A stretch of DNA of 64,000 nucleotides from Octopus vulgaris. Its lineage: Eukaryota. The stretch covers positions 28,830,001-28,894,000 of the forward strand of contig OX597826.1 of the NCBI GenBank assembly GCA_951406725.2, written 5' to 3'. Both the position numbers and the translations under genes were made by a program. The notes beneath the pieces were generated by a model. That model worked only from the letters and a program-made list of their open reading frames with translations. It had not been told where the DNA came from and ran no database searches. Below, in pieces: positions 29,504-43,920 of the stretch (position 1 is the stretch's first letter; every line of letters begins with the position of its first letter).

Positions 29504-29760
29504 GTGGAGGTGCAATTGCCCAGTGGTTTGGGCAGCAGACTCGCGGTTTCGATTCCCAGACCGGGCGTTGTGAGTGTTTATTGAGCGAAAACACCTAAAG
29601 CCCCACGAGGCTCCAGCAGAGGGGGTGGGGTGGCGATCCCTGTTGTACTCTTTCGCCACAACTTTCTCTCACTCTTTCTTCTGTTAGTCTGCTCGCTCAT
29701 TGTGACCAGCGATGTGTAGCAAAATCTGATAGCCTGGTCGGTCACGGTGATCACAGTGAT
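29503..29760 (+). mobile_element. Family-C-related SINE (a similar head also at 42591-42870 with a different body)
   Basis: GGAGGTGCAATTGCCCAGTGGTTTGG..GGTTTCGATTCCCAGACCG; tail TTGTGACCAGCGATGTGTAGCA resembles the reverse complement of 1621-1644. Confidence 0.6.
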
Positions 29761-29795
29761 ATATACGCTTACATAGGTGTGTGTGTGTGTGTGTG

Positions 29796-29839
<44 letters not shown>

Positions 29840-30484
29840 TACATAGGACTATACATATATATATATGCATACATGTATATGTATATGAACAAGTGTATGC
29901 ATATATATATGCGTGTGCATATGTGTTTGTGTGTGTATGTGTGTGTGTGCATGTATGTATATACCGCAATTACAACGAAATTCTTTGTTTTGTGCAGTGT
30001 GATATACAAAGAACTCAACGAAAGTGAGACAGAATCATAGTTAGGGTAATAACATAATGATATAGAAGTACAGTTACTACGAAAATACTTGGCCATAAAA
30101 GTTAGCTACACGCACATAGAAATACAATACACACACACATATATATTTACATATATATATGCACACACGTATAATCTTCAACGATCCCCTTTTAGGTCAC
30201 TTGACCATTTAACATCCTACTACTATCCTACCAGTTTCTTATTATTCTTTCTCTTGTTCTTTGCCTCTTTCTTCTTCGTCATCGTCTTCTTCCTCTCCGC
30301 CACCCCTTCCTTACTTTGCTACTATTGCTGTTTAGAATAGTGCCTACGCAAATATTATAAACAATACATTGAAATGAGATAGCTCAAGAATTCAATCACT
30401 ACCACCACCCACAACAAGTCACTTTCAAGGCACTTGACCATTTAACATCCTACTACTATCATGGCACTCCCGCATTCTTCTTCT

Positions 30485-30516
<32 letters not shown>

Positions 30517-30857
30517 TTCTTCTTCTTCTTTTTCTTCTTCTTCTTCTTCTTCTTCTTCTTTTTTTTCTTCTTCTTCTTCTTCTTCTTCTTCTTCTTCTTC
30601 TTCTTCTTCCTCTCTGTCAAGAATTCACAACGACCCGGAACCCACAAGAGTAAACAAGAGAGACAGAGATAGGCATAAACAAGGAAAATGCCCCCTGTAT
30701 TTGAATACTATGCAAATATTCTTTTTAAATACTTTTCATTTGATCTTCCCAAAATTTAATTGTTTTCCATACTTACAGTTGAAAAAGTTTCAATGACCGA
30801 AACCGGTACTGAAATGTTTTTTATAAAATTAATTTAGCATTTTCTACCTTGACTTTT

Positions 30858-30923
<66 letters not shown>

Positions 30924-30947
30924 ACTCGTGTGTTCGTTTTCAACCTT

Positions 30948-31055
<108 letters not shown>

Positions 31056-31847
31056 GCATACGTACATACATGAATACTATCATATACGCGTATGTCCGTA
31101 TAGAAAAGTAGAAGGCACGAAAACCTTTGTATACATACTTCTATAAGCTCTTAAATTTGGTTTCTGAGTTTATGTTATATAAATGGTTATATGTTCAAAA
31201 ATACTTCCTTACAGGACAACACACACACACACCAACAAGCACACACACACACTGGCACACACGAACAAGCACACACACACACACACATACACATACATAT
31301 GTTCATTCCTTAATACATAGACATATATAAATACGTATGCACACCTGCTGTTACCGATATCTAGATCTACCTATTATTCTTACCTGCATAGCTACATGGT
31401 GCAGCATACATGCACACTTCAATGAGATAATAATGCCTATAAAATATCAAATTTTCAATAATAAATCTTGTTTATCCGGATTTTGCTTGTCGAAAGTAAT
31501 TCAAGTTTCGATGAACGAACAACGGCCGAGGCGAAAATATTATTCAATATGGTGGCCATTTTCACAAAAACATCATACAGCGAAGATTATAAGAAAGATA
31601 ACCTGGACGGACATTTCAGCTACAATACATTGGTTTGGAATGGAATGCAATGACGAAAGTCTTCGGGGAAATAAAAGTAAAAATAAAAATAAGTATAAAT
31701 ATGGGCAAAGAAAGAATAAAGAGGACAAAGGAAGAAAAAACGAGGTATTGGTGGAAAATGTTTCCAATAAAATGAAATCAATAAATTGCATGTATAACAA
31801 AATACATATAGGTATATAGGTATACGTATATACATACATATACAAAC

Positions 31848-31926
<79 letters not shown>

Positions 31927-32205
31927 CACATACATATATATGTATATATATATACATATATATGTATATATATATATACTTGCATACATACATATATATA
32001 CATACACATACACACAGATGTATGTGTGTGTGTGTTTGTACATAAACAGAAGCAACAACAGAGCATACAAAGAAACAAAAAGAAATGAAAAAACACTAAC
32101 AGTGGACATTTTTTTTTTTTATTCTGCGGACCAAGATAAGAAAATAGCCCCAAGCTGCCTCCATCCACCACTGCAAAAATAAGAAAGAAAGGAAGAAAGA
32201 AAGAC

Positions 32206-32240
<35 letters not shown>

Positions 32241-32799
32241 AAAATGAAGAAAGAAAGATCAACAACAACATAATAAATATGAAAGGAAAATAGTATAAAA
32301 GTTACTTGTCCAGGCTTCCATAAATATAACATCAAACGTCCAGAAAAGGAAAGTGACTATCTATGGTAAATCTATATAACCAGTTTATAGGTTGAGCTTT
32401 ACAGCTACAGTCGACCAAAAGGGATATTTCGTTATAGTGTCAAAACGCGTTAGTCCTGTATAGGATTTTTTCTCGCGTACAAAGAGGAGGAAAAAATGAA
32501 AGAAAAGAGAAAAGAAACACAGGTAACGTTTTATTGGGTTAGATATGGATGCATTTTTTCGTGTATATCCGAAATATAGTAACCCTCAATATATTACTGC
32601 TATAATATTCTGTCGCTTAAATTTATCCGCCACATCATTTGTTTATTTCCTTCCGGGAGTTTCTTATGAAAATAGAAAAAAATTCATTCCATATTTAGTT
32701 ACAAGGCCACCCGTTTTGAGAGGCAGGGTTAGTTTTTAACCATCATCATAAGACACATGGGTACACGCATACCCACACATTGAAAGAAAGAAAAGATGA

Positions 32800-32834
<35 letters not shown>

Positions 32835-32868
32835 GAAGGAAGGAAGGAAGATAGATAGATAGACAGAC

Positions 32869-32939
<71 letters not shown>

Positions 32940-33249
32940 CAGATAGATAGAACTGTATGTACATGAAAGGAACAAAGCCTGATTGGCGTTTAAGCTTATA
33001 CAGCATACACGAGTTTCAAGAGATCGGTGAAACATAAATTGCCTGAACATAGGCGACAAATGCAAAATGCTGACGGCTCTCCTCGTCAGTTTTAGTAGCA
33101 AAAAGGAATTTTGCTAATAATCCTGATGAGAAGGACCGGCTACACTTGTTACGTATCTTGGCATTTAATTTCACGAAATTCATGTTTTGGGCATTTAAGC
33201 TCACGCAGTTGATCTCTTTGCCTGTCTTCTGAAACTCTCGTGCACTATA

Positions 33250-33652
33250 TCTCTATATCTATAAACGGCAAAATGTCTGTGTGTCTGTGTGTTCTTTATA
33301 CAAATACACAGTTTTTCACGTTAAAGGCTCGCATTTTCTATGGGCATTCAAAACTGTCTGAGGGTGGTCGTGAAGATCTTCTCATTTCCCAAGTCACCCC
33401 AGAAAGCCATTAAAAAATTGATAAACCGACCCCTTATGCCCATAAGTTATGGGCATATGGGCATTGCCGAAGTCCAATGAATATTAATTACTCTCATAAA
33501 AAGCTCCAACTAGCTCATAAACAACAAAACTGGTCCGGGCTGAAATGTGATAAGAAACTTAGCTCTTGATTTAGTGAGAAATTTTTACTACGACCCGGCA
33601 ACGAGCAACAACCACTAGCACTAGATCCGGCAACGCCAGGTCATAATGCTAG
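33250..33652 (+). mobile_element. Non-autonomous Helitron
   Basis: 5' TC(TC)TATATCTATAAA followed by GTCTGT repeats; 3' GC-rich imperfect hairpin GATCCGGCAACGCCAGGTC then CTAG followed by T. Confidence 0.65.
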
Positions 33653-34175
33653 TAAAGCATAAATGCAATTACGTTTGCCGTACTCCTTTTATATATATAC
33701 GGTGACAGAACTCTCCGCACACGAGCTTATCTGACATCATGAAGATACTAAAAACTGTCAGTGATAAGGTTAAAGTGTGGAACTAATCTAACATGCCTAT
33801 TACCTTTCGTAACTTTTCGCGCCTTTCTGTGCACATTTTGGTTTGATTTTTCCGGGTTTTTCATCCTTCCACTTTTTACATCCACCTTCCTCTCGTTTTT
33901 TCTTGTGATTTCTCTTGCACTAGTGTCCTGGTTTGTAAATTTTATAGCCTGTGTGTCCAGAGTTTGAGAATTACTTGGAAACACTAGGCGCGTTATAAAA
34001 ACTGCCTACAGCACTTTTCCAATGTATGAACTTATTAGTATCGCATAACTATATACACAGTATATCAAAATGTATATTAATCTCACACCGGATTGAGTAC
34101 TTCGTTGTTGATTTTACCTTTAAAGAAAAAGTAAATATATATATATTGATTAAACCTCGCTAAGTTAAATATTTA

Positions 34176-34243
34176 AATCACCTGAAGAATGACTGTAACT
34201 CGAAATTTTAAGAATTGGACAGCCATGAAACGATCGTAGTGTT
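34176..34243 (+). ncRNA. Type I hammerhead ribozyme motif
   Basis: CAC-CUGAAGA-AUGACUGU..ACAGCCAU-GAA-ACGAUCGU-A/GUG; palindromic stem III, GUA triplet. Confidence 0.62.
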
Positions 34244-34367
34244 ATACTAATTATCTTTTTTTAATAATTTTGATATATATTTAAAATAATATAAATAATT
34301 AATCTTATGTATTGGCTTAAGTTTTTCATGGTATGATTTGCCTAATAGTGGTTTTATCTCTAATTTA

Positions 34368-34403
<36 letters not shown>

Positions 34404-35151
34404 ACTTATAAACAAGGGCAAAAGAAAAAAATTTCTAATGCCAAAAATGCCGAAAACAGACTTATCGTCAATAACCATATAATTCATCACTATAAGCACT
34501 CGTCTCGAAGAAAGCCGACAGAAATTACTAAAAAATTCCGTTATTATCATATCGGACCCGATTTCAGAGTTAATTCGTCTTTTGTTTTTCTGTAAATTTC
34601 AACTATATATATATATATATGTATATATATATACATATATATACATACATACATACATACATACCTACATACATACATACATACATACATACATACATAC
34701 ATACATACATACATACATACAAAAACCTTTAAAGGTAGTTTTTAATATGCTGGCCATTGATAGAATGTTTTTCGAAAAATGTTATCCTATATTAGATGTA
34801 TATATACATATATGTATATATGTATATATACACACACATATATATATACGTACATATATAGGTATACATATATATAATATGTATACACATATATGTGTGT
34901 ATGTATATATGTATGTATGTACGTATGTATGTACGTACGTATGTATTTATGCACGTGTATATATATATACATGATTGACCGCTATCCGCCAAAGCCTTTT
35001 TTATTCTCTCTCTCTCTGTTTATTTTCTCGTGTTTCTTTCTGCTGAAGAGCGTAGGCTTGAAGCGTAAAAGACTTCCTCACCTTCCCGAACGTTAAACTA
35101 ATACACCTGTTTGTTGTTTATACACATGTCTTTTGCTTTTCTGTAAATACC

Positions 35152-35189
<38 letters not shown>

Positions 35190-35278
35190 CGCGTGAAGCA
35201 TAGCGTTTTTGAATAGTACACACAAAATTAGGGAATGGAGTAGATAAAACCTAGGTTATATATGTTTCATATGCAGCC

Positions 35279-35319
<41 letters not shown>

Positions 35320-35539
35320 CATATATGCTTCGTGATTCCTTCTTCTACAAAATAATAACAAATAAATATTTGATTAAAAGGTCTTTAAATAAAAAAGATG
35401 TAGCAAGTTCTGTCCAAAGGGCTTTCAACCCAATATTTACACTCTGTTATTTATAGCTTTTATGCTTCGAGAGCCCAGTCTGGAAATTCTTATGACGTCA
35501 GCAATGTATAAATATATATGCATGTGTGTGTGTGTGTAT

Positions 35540-36423
35540 ACGAGGGGGCACCCAAAAGTAAGCCGAAACGTTCACTGTGGGACAAGCCCGTTGCAAGTTT
35601 AGGCTTCCGCTGCTAGAAGCCACTTGAAGCAATCCTCAGGCATCAGTCTGCCGACTGGCGACGTCGTCTCAGAATGTGTTGTCACGTGGTGCGTCATTGT
35701 TTTGCAGTGCTTCTCCTCTGTTCGCCGATTTTTGCAATGAAACGAAGGAACAGCGTGCTTCCGTGAAATTCCGCTTTCTGCTGGGGGAAACGGTGGCCGA
35801 AACAGTTGTCATGCTTCAGACAGCTTACAAAGCCGCTGTTTATGAGTGTTTTTTCTCGTTTTGTGAATGGTCACTTGTTGCTTAAATACAAACCATGTTT
35901 AGGGCGATCGTCGACCTCCCGAACGAATGAAAACATCGTGAAAATTCATGAACTGATCTTGGAGGACCGTAACCAAAGAATTGACGAACTTGTTGATATG
36001 ACTGGTGTGTCCTGGAGCTCCTGCCAACGAATTTTGAGTGAGGAATTACGAATGAAAAGGATTGCAGTAAAATGTGTGTCTCGCTTGATCGCGGAAGATC
36101 AAAAGCGGTCACGACTGAATGCGTGCCTTGAACTGAAAGAACTGTTAGAATTTCATCCGGAATTTTTATCGAAGGTCACCAGTAGTGACGAAAACTGGTG
36201 CTACGGAATTTGCTGATGTGGAAGAGTTGAAGAAAAAACGACAAAGGCGTTAGAAGGCATCACTTCGGAAGAGTTCCAGGACTGCTTCGAACAGTCGAAA
36301 ACGCGTCTGGACTGATGCATTGCATCAAGTGGCGGATACTTTGAAGGCGATTAAAATATAAACATGTAAAACTGTGAGTAAAATGATATTGCAAAATTCC
36401 GTTTTCTTTTGGATACTCTCTCG
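35540..36423 (+). mobile_element. Internally deleted mariner element
   Basis: TA-flanked imperfect TIRs (CGAGGGGGCACCCAAAAG / CTTTTGGATACTCTCTCG). Peptides EQRASVKF, GRSSTS, CQRILSEELRMKR, SDENWCY jump directly to FADVEE...CIASSGGYFEG, so most of the DDD domain is missing. Confidence 0.85.
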
Positions 36424-36459
36424 TATGTGTGTGTGTATATATATATGTATGTATGTCTG

Positions 36460-36528
<69 letters not shown>

Positions 36529-36529
36529 G

Positions 36530-36572
<43 letters not shown>

Positions 36573-37480
36573 TCCAACTGCCCTTTACATTTTATCAAAT
36601 AAATGCCCACAACAAAAAAGTATGAGAATCTTTCTTCGGACAGATCGCATGCTTAAGAAACTGAAGACAAGTGCAACACCTCACTCATCGTAATACTTTT
36701 TAAAAACTCAAGAGTAGATAACTGACCATTCACAAATAACAAAAAGGAAACGCACCTGAGACAGAAAAATGCTCTGGTTCAATCCACCGTTTATAAATTC
36801 ATGAACAGACACTCGCTTCAACAAAAGAATATAACTGTATTACACAACTACAATCCTTTCAAAATAGTACAAAACCAAATACAAGATAACTGTAAATATC
36901 AGTACACTCGGTCGCATCTTTTGGATGACTAGCGCATGATTAAGCGCTTCGTGTATAAGGCCACGAAAACCGTAACAAAGCCGACCGTGTCGCGTCTTAC
37001 ATCAGCTTAAGAGAAAGTTCATTTAAGAGTCGACTACACCAACATATGGTTTCCTTCATAAAATGTTCTACATCATTTACAAAGTACATTTGGCAAAGAA
37101 CGATAAGTGTGAATTTTCCAACATTGTAATGGTTATCTTGGACTAAGCAATTACATACGATGATATTTTATGTAACTGAGAAATATCCCACGTCATAAAT
37201 TATCCCACACGAACAAGAAAGTGCTAATATTAAATTTTATGCTATTTTATATACAGAATGTTCGTACCCACTTTTAGAGGCCCAACTTAATGCCGCGTAT
37301 TATGTGACATGCGGTTATTTGTACTTGGCGTACGTGTGTTTGTGTGTGTGCGCGCATAATTTTTAGCAAATGCTGTAATTCGAGAGACGTTTAATTCGAT
37401 TTTTCAGTGGCCTTTACATAATTATTGGTTTATCGTCGTCAAGAATACGAATAATAATGATAATGATGATGATGATGATG

Positions 37481-37556
<76 letters not shown>

Positions 37557-37930
37557 TGATACTGATAATGATAATAATATTAGTAACAGCAACAACAACC
37601 CTTATAGCAATAATAATGATGATGATGATGATGATGAAGATGGCGATGTTAATAGTTATAATCATCATCATCACCATTGTATTATTATTGTTGTTGTTGT
37701 TGTTGTCCCCGTTTCTTTTTTTTGCTATTTTACCTGTATCTCGCCAATTTGATGTTCGATTATTGATGACAAAATCGGTTGAGAATTAACGAACCATATG
37801 CACACACGCGCGCACACATACCCGCACACATGCACACATACACACACACATACACACGTATACGCGCACGTACACACACACACAAATATACCAACAATAT
37901 ACACGCACAAAAAACACACACACACATACA

Positions 37931-38023
<93 letters not shown>

Positions 38024-38430
38024 CCAGCACTGAATAGCGAAATGAATAATTATGAATATGAGAAAGGAGCATAAAATGAAAAGAAACAGAAAACGAACAA
38101 AAAAATAAACAGGAAAAAATACCCCAAAAATACTTGAATAAAAATAAATACAAAACTAAAACATTTTGCTATTTTTTATATTCCTGTATTTGTTGTTGTT
38201 ATTGTTGTTATTAAAATTTATTTTATTTGTGTTTATTTCTTGTCTTAATTTGCATAACTTTAACTTCAGATTTGTAGACATATATACAAATATATATGCA
38301 CCTACACTTACACATAACACACGCACACACACGCATAAAAACATACACACACATACATATATGTATATATTTATATATATGCATATATATACATACACAC
38401 AACGACACACACAAACTCACATACACAAAC

Positions 38431-38462
<32 letters not shown>

Positions 38463-38592
38463 ATGTATGTATATATATATATATATATATAAGCACACGT
38501 GCAGTTGTACACACATAGTCATGTAATAATAAATATATATATGCATGTGTGTATATATGCATATATATGTGTGTGTGCATATATATATATAC

Positions 38593-38639
<47 letters not shown>

Positions 38640-38665
38640 CATATATATATATATGTATATATATA

Positions 38666-38721
<56 letters not shown>

Positions 38722-39519
38722 TGAATGTATGCTACCCGTATCATGTACCTAACACTTTGTCAATGTGTGTACATATGTACGAGTGTGTTTGCGCGCACTG
38801 ATACACACACACACACGCACATACACACACACACACGCACACAGACACGCACACACACACACACGCACACAGACACGCACACACACACACACACACACAC
38901 GCACGCACTCATACACACGCACACACACGCACGCACGCATCACACACGCGCACGCACACACACACACACATGCACACACACGCACGCACGCACACGCACG
39001 CACGCACGCACACACGCGCACATACTGCTTTTGTGTTTATTACACGAGGCTAATGAAAAATTTAAAACACACCACTGCTTGATGAGAGTTGGTCGCTGGC
39101 GTTGGAGTTTGGAGGGGGGGTCGGGAGAGGAGAGATTGCGCAGGCTAAAAATTAAACAGCAAAGCGAACAAAAAATACGAAATAGCACAACACATAGATA
39201 GAAATAATAATAACAACAACAACAACAACAACAACAACAATAATAATAATAATAATAATAATAATTAATAATAATAACAGCAATAGGCGATGATACTACA
39301 GCGAGTAGACGATATAATCACTGTATGATCGTGGATATAACTCCTCTTTTCATATTTTCTCTCCCTCTCTCTCTCTCTCTATCTCTCATGCTTTTACAAT
39401 CTCACCTCCATCCCCTTCTTCCCGTCCTCCTCCTCTTCCTTCCCCTTCTCCCTCCTCCTCTTCCCTGTTTATGTTTTAAGATTAAATTAAAATGGTTTTA
39501 CTATTCCTGTATCGCGAGT

Positions 39520-39940
39520 GTTGCTGGACTGACTGAATGGTTGGTGTGTCGAACGAATTGCTTTCCTCTATTTGTTCCGGTTCTTTACGTTCTGAGTTCA
39601 AATCCTGCCGATGACAACATGTTTGTCTTTTATCCTTATGGAATCGGTAAACCAAGCAGCACTCAAGTCCTGTGTTCAATGTAATTCGTGTCATTTCCTC
39701 TCCCTCATCTCCCTGATCTTGCTGTGGGCTGGCAGAGTCGTTAGAACGCCAGGCAAAGGGCATAGTGGTATTTCGTCCGTCCTTTCGTCCGTTCTGAGTT
39801 CAAATTACACCGAGGTCGACTTTGACATTTATATATTCCGGATCGATAAAATAAGTACCAGTTATGTACTGGGGTTGATGTAATTCACTTATCCTCTATC
39901 CCCGAAATGACTGGTCTTGTACCAGAATTCAACACCATTA
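39520..39940 (+). mobile_element. Two family-A SINE copies
   Basis: CTGGCAGAGTCGTTAG, GTTCTGAGTTCAAAT and GTCGATAAAATAAGTACCAG-like motifs. Confidence 0.7.
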
Positions 39941-39942
39941 TT

Positions 39943-40050
<108 letters not shown>

Positions 40051-40537
40051 GAGTGAGAGAGCAGTTCATGCCATCAAAGTGACACTGGGGTAAAATATAC
40101 GAAGCCCAATATACCCATCATGACTACCCGTCTGATAAGGGTACACCAGGCACATGCATCACAACTATATGTGCGCGACATTGTGATCTCATATCAAGAT
40201 AAACAGCACATGACCTTGCAGGTGGGGCCCAGTTAGAATTTTCTTCAGGTTGAGTAGCCCATCCTGCTCAAAAGGTCCCTGAATAAGGGTTGTTTAAGGA
40301 TGTTGAAAGACCCACCCATGTTTCCAGAGGTGAATTATCCAAACCCCAAAGAATCCCTCTCAACACATGGCTATGATGCTCCCCCACTACTTCTGCTCGT
40401 GATCAGAGATGCACATATCGTCAGCCACTAGGGGACATGCTCAACTAGTTAAAGTCAAACAACTGACAAGCAAATCTGTGGTATTGAGCAGAATATTTGC
40501 TGTAGCCCATCTTTTATACCAAGACAAAACAATGTAC
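40051..40537 (-). mobile_element. Truncated copy (487 bp) of the same (TAA)n-inserted element
   Basis: Same left end GAGTGAGAGAGCAG, lacks the last 69 bp, about 15 substitutions by eye, (ATT)n on both sides. Confidence 0.7.
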
Positions 40538-40576
<39 letters not shown>

Positions 40577-40736
40577 GTTATTTTTCTTCCATATTTTATA
40601 TGTATATGTTGTGTTTTCGTTCTTTGGGTAGAGCACTGCTGTAAAGTAAGCGTGTAGGATTGAAATGTATTCCTCATGTGTCCATACATTTCAATCCTAC
40701 ACGCTATTATTATTATTATTATTATTATTATTGTTG

Positions 40737-40813
<77 letters not shown>

Positions 40814-40820
40814 GTTGTTG

Positions 40821-40860
<40 letters not shown>

Positions 40861-40864
40861 CATT

Positions 40865-41418
40865 GAGTGAGAGAGCAGTGCATGCCATCAAAGTGACACT
40901 GGGGTAAAATATACGAAGCCCAATATACCCATCATGACTACACGTCTGATAAAGGTACACCAGGCACATGCATCACAACCATATGTGCGCGACATGGTGA
41001 TCTCATATCAAGATAAACAGCACATGACCTTGCAAGTGGGGCCCAGTTAGAATTTTCTTCAGGTTGAGTATCCCATCCCGCTCAAACGGTCCCTGAATAA
41101 GGGTTGTTTAAGGATGTTGAAAGAACCACCCATGTTTCCAGAGGTGAACTATTCAAACCCCAAAGAATCCCTCTCAACACATGGCTATGATGCTCCCCCA
41201 CTACTTCTGCTCGTGATCAGAGATGCACATATCGTCAGCCACTAAGGGACATGCTCAACTGGTTAAGGTCAAACAACTGACAAGCAAATCTGTGGTATTG
41301 AGCAGAATATTTGCTGTAGCCCATCTTTTATACCAAGACAAAACAATGTACATGATAACACTTCCAATCAGTTAAGATCAGAAGCCATGAGAGCCACTGC
41401 CTGGTACTGCATCAGGGC

Positions 41419-41420
<2 letters not shown>
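40865..41420 (-). mobile_element. 556-bp non-coding interspersed element inserted in (TAA)n, longer copy
   Basis: Colinear with 40051-40537; (ATT)n on both sides; no TIRs and no convincing ORF. Strand is inferred from the shared end being the 3' end. Confidence 0.7.
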
Positions 41421-41458
<38 letters not shown>

Positions 41459-41487
41459 ATTATTATTATTATTATTGTTGTTATTAC

Positions 41488-41518
<31 letters not shown>

Positions 41519-41528
41519 ATTATTAATG

Positions 41529-42078
41529 CGGCGAGCTGGCAGAATCGTTGAACCCTGAAATTGCCGGTCTTGTTCCAAAATTTGAAACCAATATTTACAA
41601 ACATAAAAGTGGCGAGCTGGCAGAATTGTTAGCATACCGGACAAAACGCTCAGCGGCATTTCGTCCGTCCTTCCGTTCTGAGTTCAAATTCCGCCGAGAT
41701 CCACTTTACCTTTTATCCTTTGCAGGTCGATAAAATAAGCACCAGGTGGACACCGAGGTCGATATGATCGACTTACCCCTCCACCGAAATTGCTGGCCTT
41801 GTGCCAAAATTTGAAAACAATATTAATAATAGGTAAAGCGGTGAGCTGGCAGAATCGTTAGCACGCCGGAAAAAAAATGCTTGGCGGCATTCCGTCCGTC
41901 CTTCCATTTTGAGTTCAAATTCCACCGAGATCGACTTTACCTTTTATCCTTTCCGGGTCGATAAACTAAATACGAGGTGACCACTAGGTTGATGAATTCA
42001 CTGGGAACTTATTTTATATTAATCGACTTGCACCTTCTCCCGAAATTACTGGCTTCGTACCAAAATTCGAAACCAATA
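41529..42078 (+). mobile_element. Tandem family-A SINEs (one deleted, two near full length)
   Basis: Three GGCGAGCTGGCAGAAT-type heads; tails of the GGCCTTGTGCCAAAATTTGAAA type. Confidence 0.8.
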
Positions 42079-42080
42079 TT

Positions 42081-42497
42081 TATTTCTTTATTGCCCACAG
42101 GGGGCTAAACATAGAGGGGAGAAACAAGGACAGACAAACGGATTAAGTCAATTATATCGACCCCAGTGTGTAATTGGTACTTATTTAATCGACTCCGAAA
42201 GGATGAATGGTAAAGTCGACCTCGCCGGAAATTAAACTCAGAACGTAACGGCAGACGAAATACCTATTTCTTTACTACCTACAAGGGGCTAAACACAGAG
42301 AGGACAAACAAGGACAGACAAACGGATTAAGTCGATTACATCGACCCCAGTGCGTAACTGGTACTTAATTTATTGACCCCCGAAAGGATGAAAGGCAAAG
42401 TCGACCTCGGCGGAATTTGAACTCAGAACGTAGCGGCAGACGAAATACCGCTAAGCATTTCGCCCGGCGTACTAACGATTCTGCCAGCTCACCGCCC
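42081..42497 (-). mobile_element. Dimeric tRNA-derived SINE (family A) with Tx1-like tail
   Basis: Head GGCGGTGAGCTGGCAGAATCGTTAG (A box) and GAGTTCAAATTCC (B box); core GTCGACTTTGCCTTTCATCCTTTCGG..AAGTACCAG; core plus tail occurs twice; ends in hairpin plus AATAAA. Confidence 0.85.
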
Positions 42498-42975
42498 TTA
42501 TTCCTGAAACCAATATAACTGACATTGTGCCTATATCAGAAAGCATTAAATGAAGTTGGTTGATGAAACCTTTCGATCTTACGTTCTGAGCGAGGGTGCT
42601 TGGCCAGTGGTTAGAGTGTTGTACTGACAATTGTGAGACCGTGATTTCAATTTCCAGACCGGATAGTGTATTGTGCTCATCAGTGAAGTACTTCATTTTA
42701 CGGTGCTCTACGATGAATTCGACATCTGATGCGTGGCACATTCGTGCTCCTGTTCTGGCAATGTCGGTTTGATGGAGAGAGTGAGCTTAATGTACAGCGC
42801 AAACATTTGATCTCTATAAACAAATCATTTGTGCAGAACGTTCAGCAAGAAATTACAGACCCGTCTTTTTTGGAGTTGAGAGACTTCCAACGTAAGACAT
42901 TCTGAGTTCAAATACAGATAAAAATTTAGGAAATCTCTCTTTTCTCTAGGAAAAGAGAGATAGACGTAGAAATAA

Positions 42976-43057
<82 letters not shown>

Positions 43058-43218
43058 CTATATATATAACGGGAAGCTTTATGAAAATAGACAAAATACG
43101 AAGGCAGGTTTACGGAAATAAACAAAAGACGAAGGCAGGTGGAATACAAACAAACAATTGTATTAGTATGGCGCTCAGGAAATATAAATAAAACAAGTCT
43201 TTAACGTATATACATACA

Positions 43219-43252
<34 letters not shown>

Positions 43253-43259
43253 AACTTAG

Positions 43260-43920
43260 AAATGTTTCAACCGATGAGTGGTCGAGGCCATGTCTAACTT
43301 AATAGCACCACCTGATAGGGTTATCTAAATCCTTTTTAAGTCAAGTTATGTGGTATCATGGTCCATTCAATTAGGGAGTTCTTGTTGAGTGAATCGAATC
43401 CAGGTACGGGTGGCTTATCTGGTATTCCTTGAAGAAAGTTGTCCAGACTCCGTTTAAAGGTGATGGGATCCTTTTCTTCTTTGATCAGTTTCGGGACAAT
43501 GTTAAACAGGGCAGGGCCTGCTGAAAAAAATTATGTCACAGGGTACCTATATGTTGTGATCCTGAATTGGACAGGGGACTATGGCTCGTGGTCCCAGCCT
43601 TTGATGAACCTTGAAGCTAATACTCAGGTCGTTTGGGCAATGCTGGCGGTATATTCTCCACATCGTGCAAATGATGTACCGCTCGCGGCGGTGCTGGAGA
43701 GAGCAGAGTTTCGAGGCTTTAAGGCAATCCCAGTAATCGAGATCAGTCATTCGTTTAGTGAATGTCCAAGTAATTCCTGTTCCGTTGGAACCAACGTACT
43801 GTAATTTTTAACCCCAGGAAGCCTCCTCCAGCTAGTTATTCGATACAATCTGCACTCGATAACATTACTCCTCAGCATAGTTATGGCTCTCATTTCTTAT
43901 AGAGATTTTCCAAGAGGCTA
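43260..43920 (-). mobile_element. CR1/L2-group LINE 3' fragment
   Basis: LDYWDCLKASKLCSLQHRRERYIIC resembles the conserved CR1-group C-terminal motif YxxRLxxLxLxSLxxRR. Confidence 0.65.
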
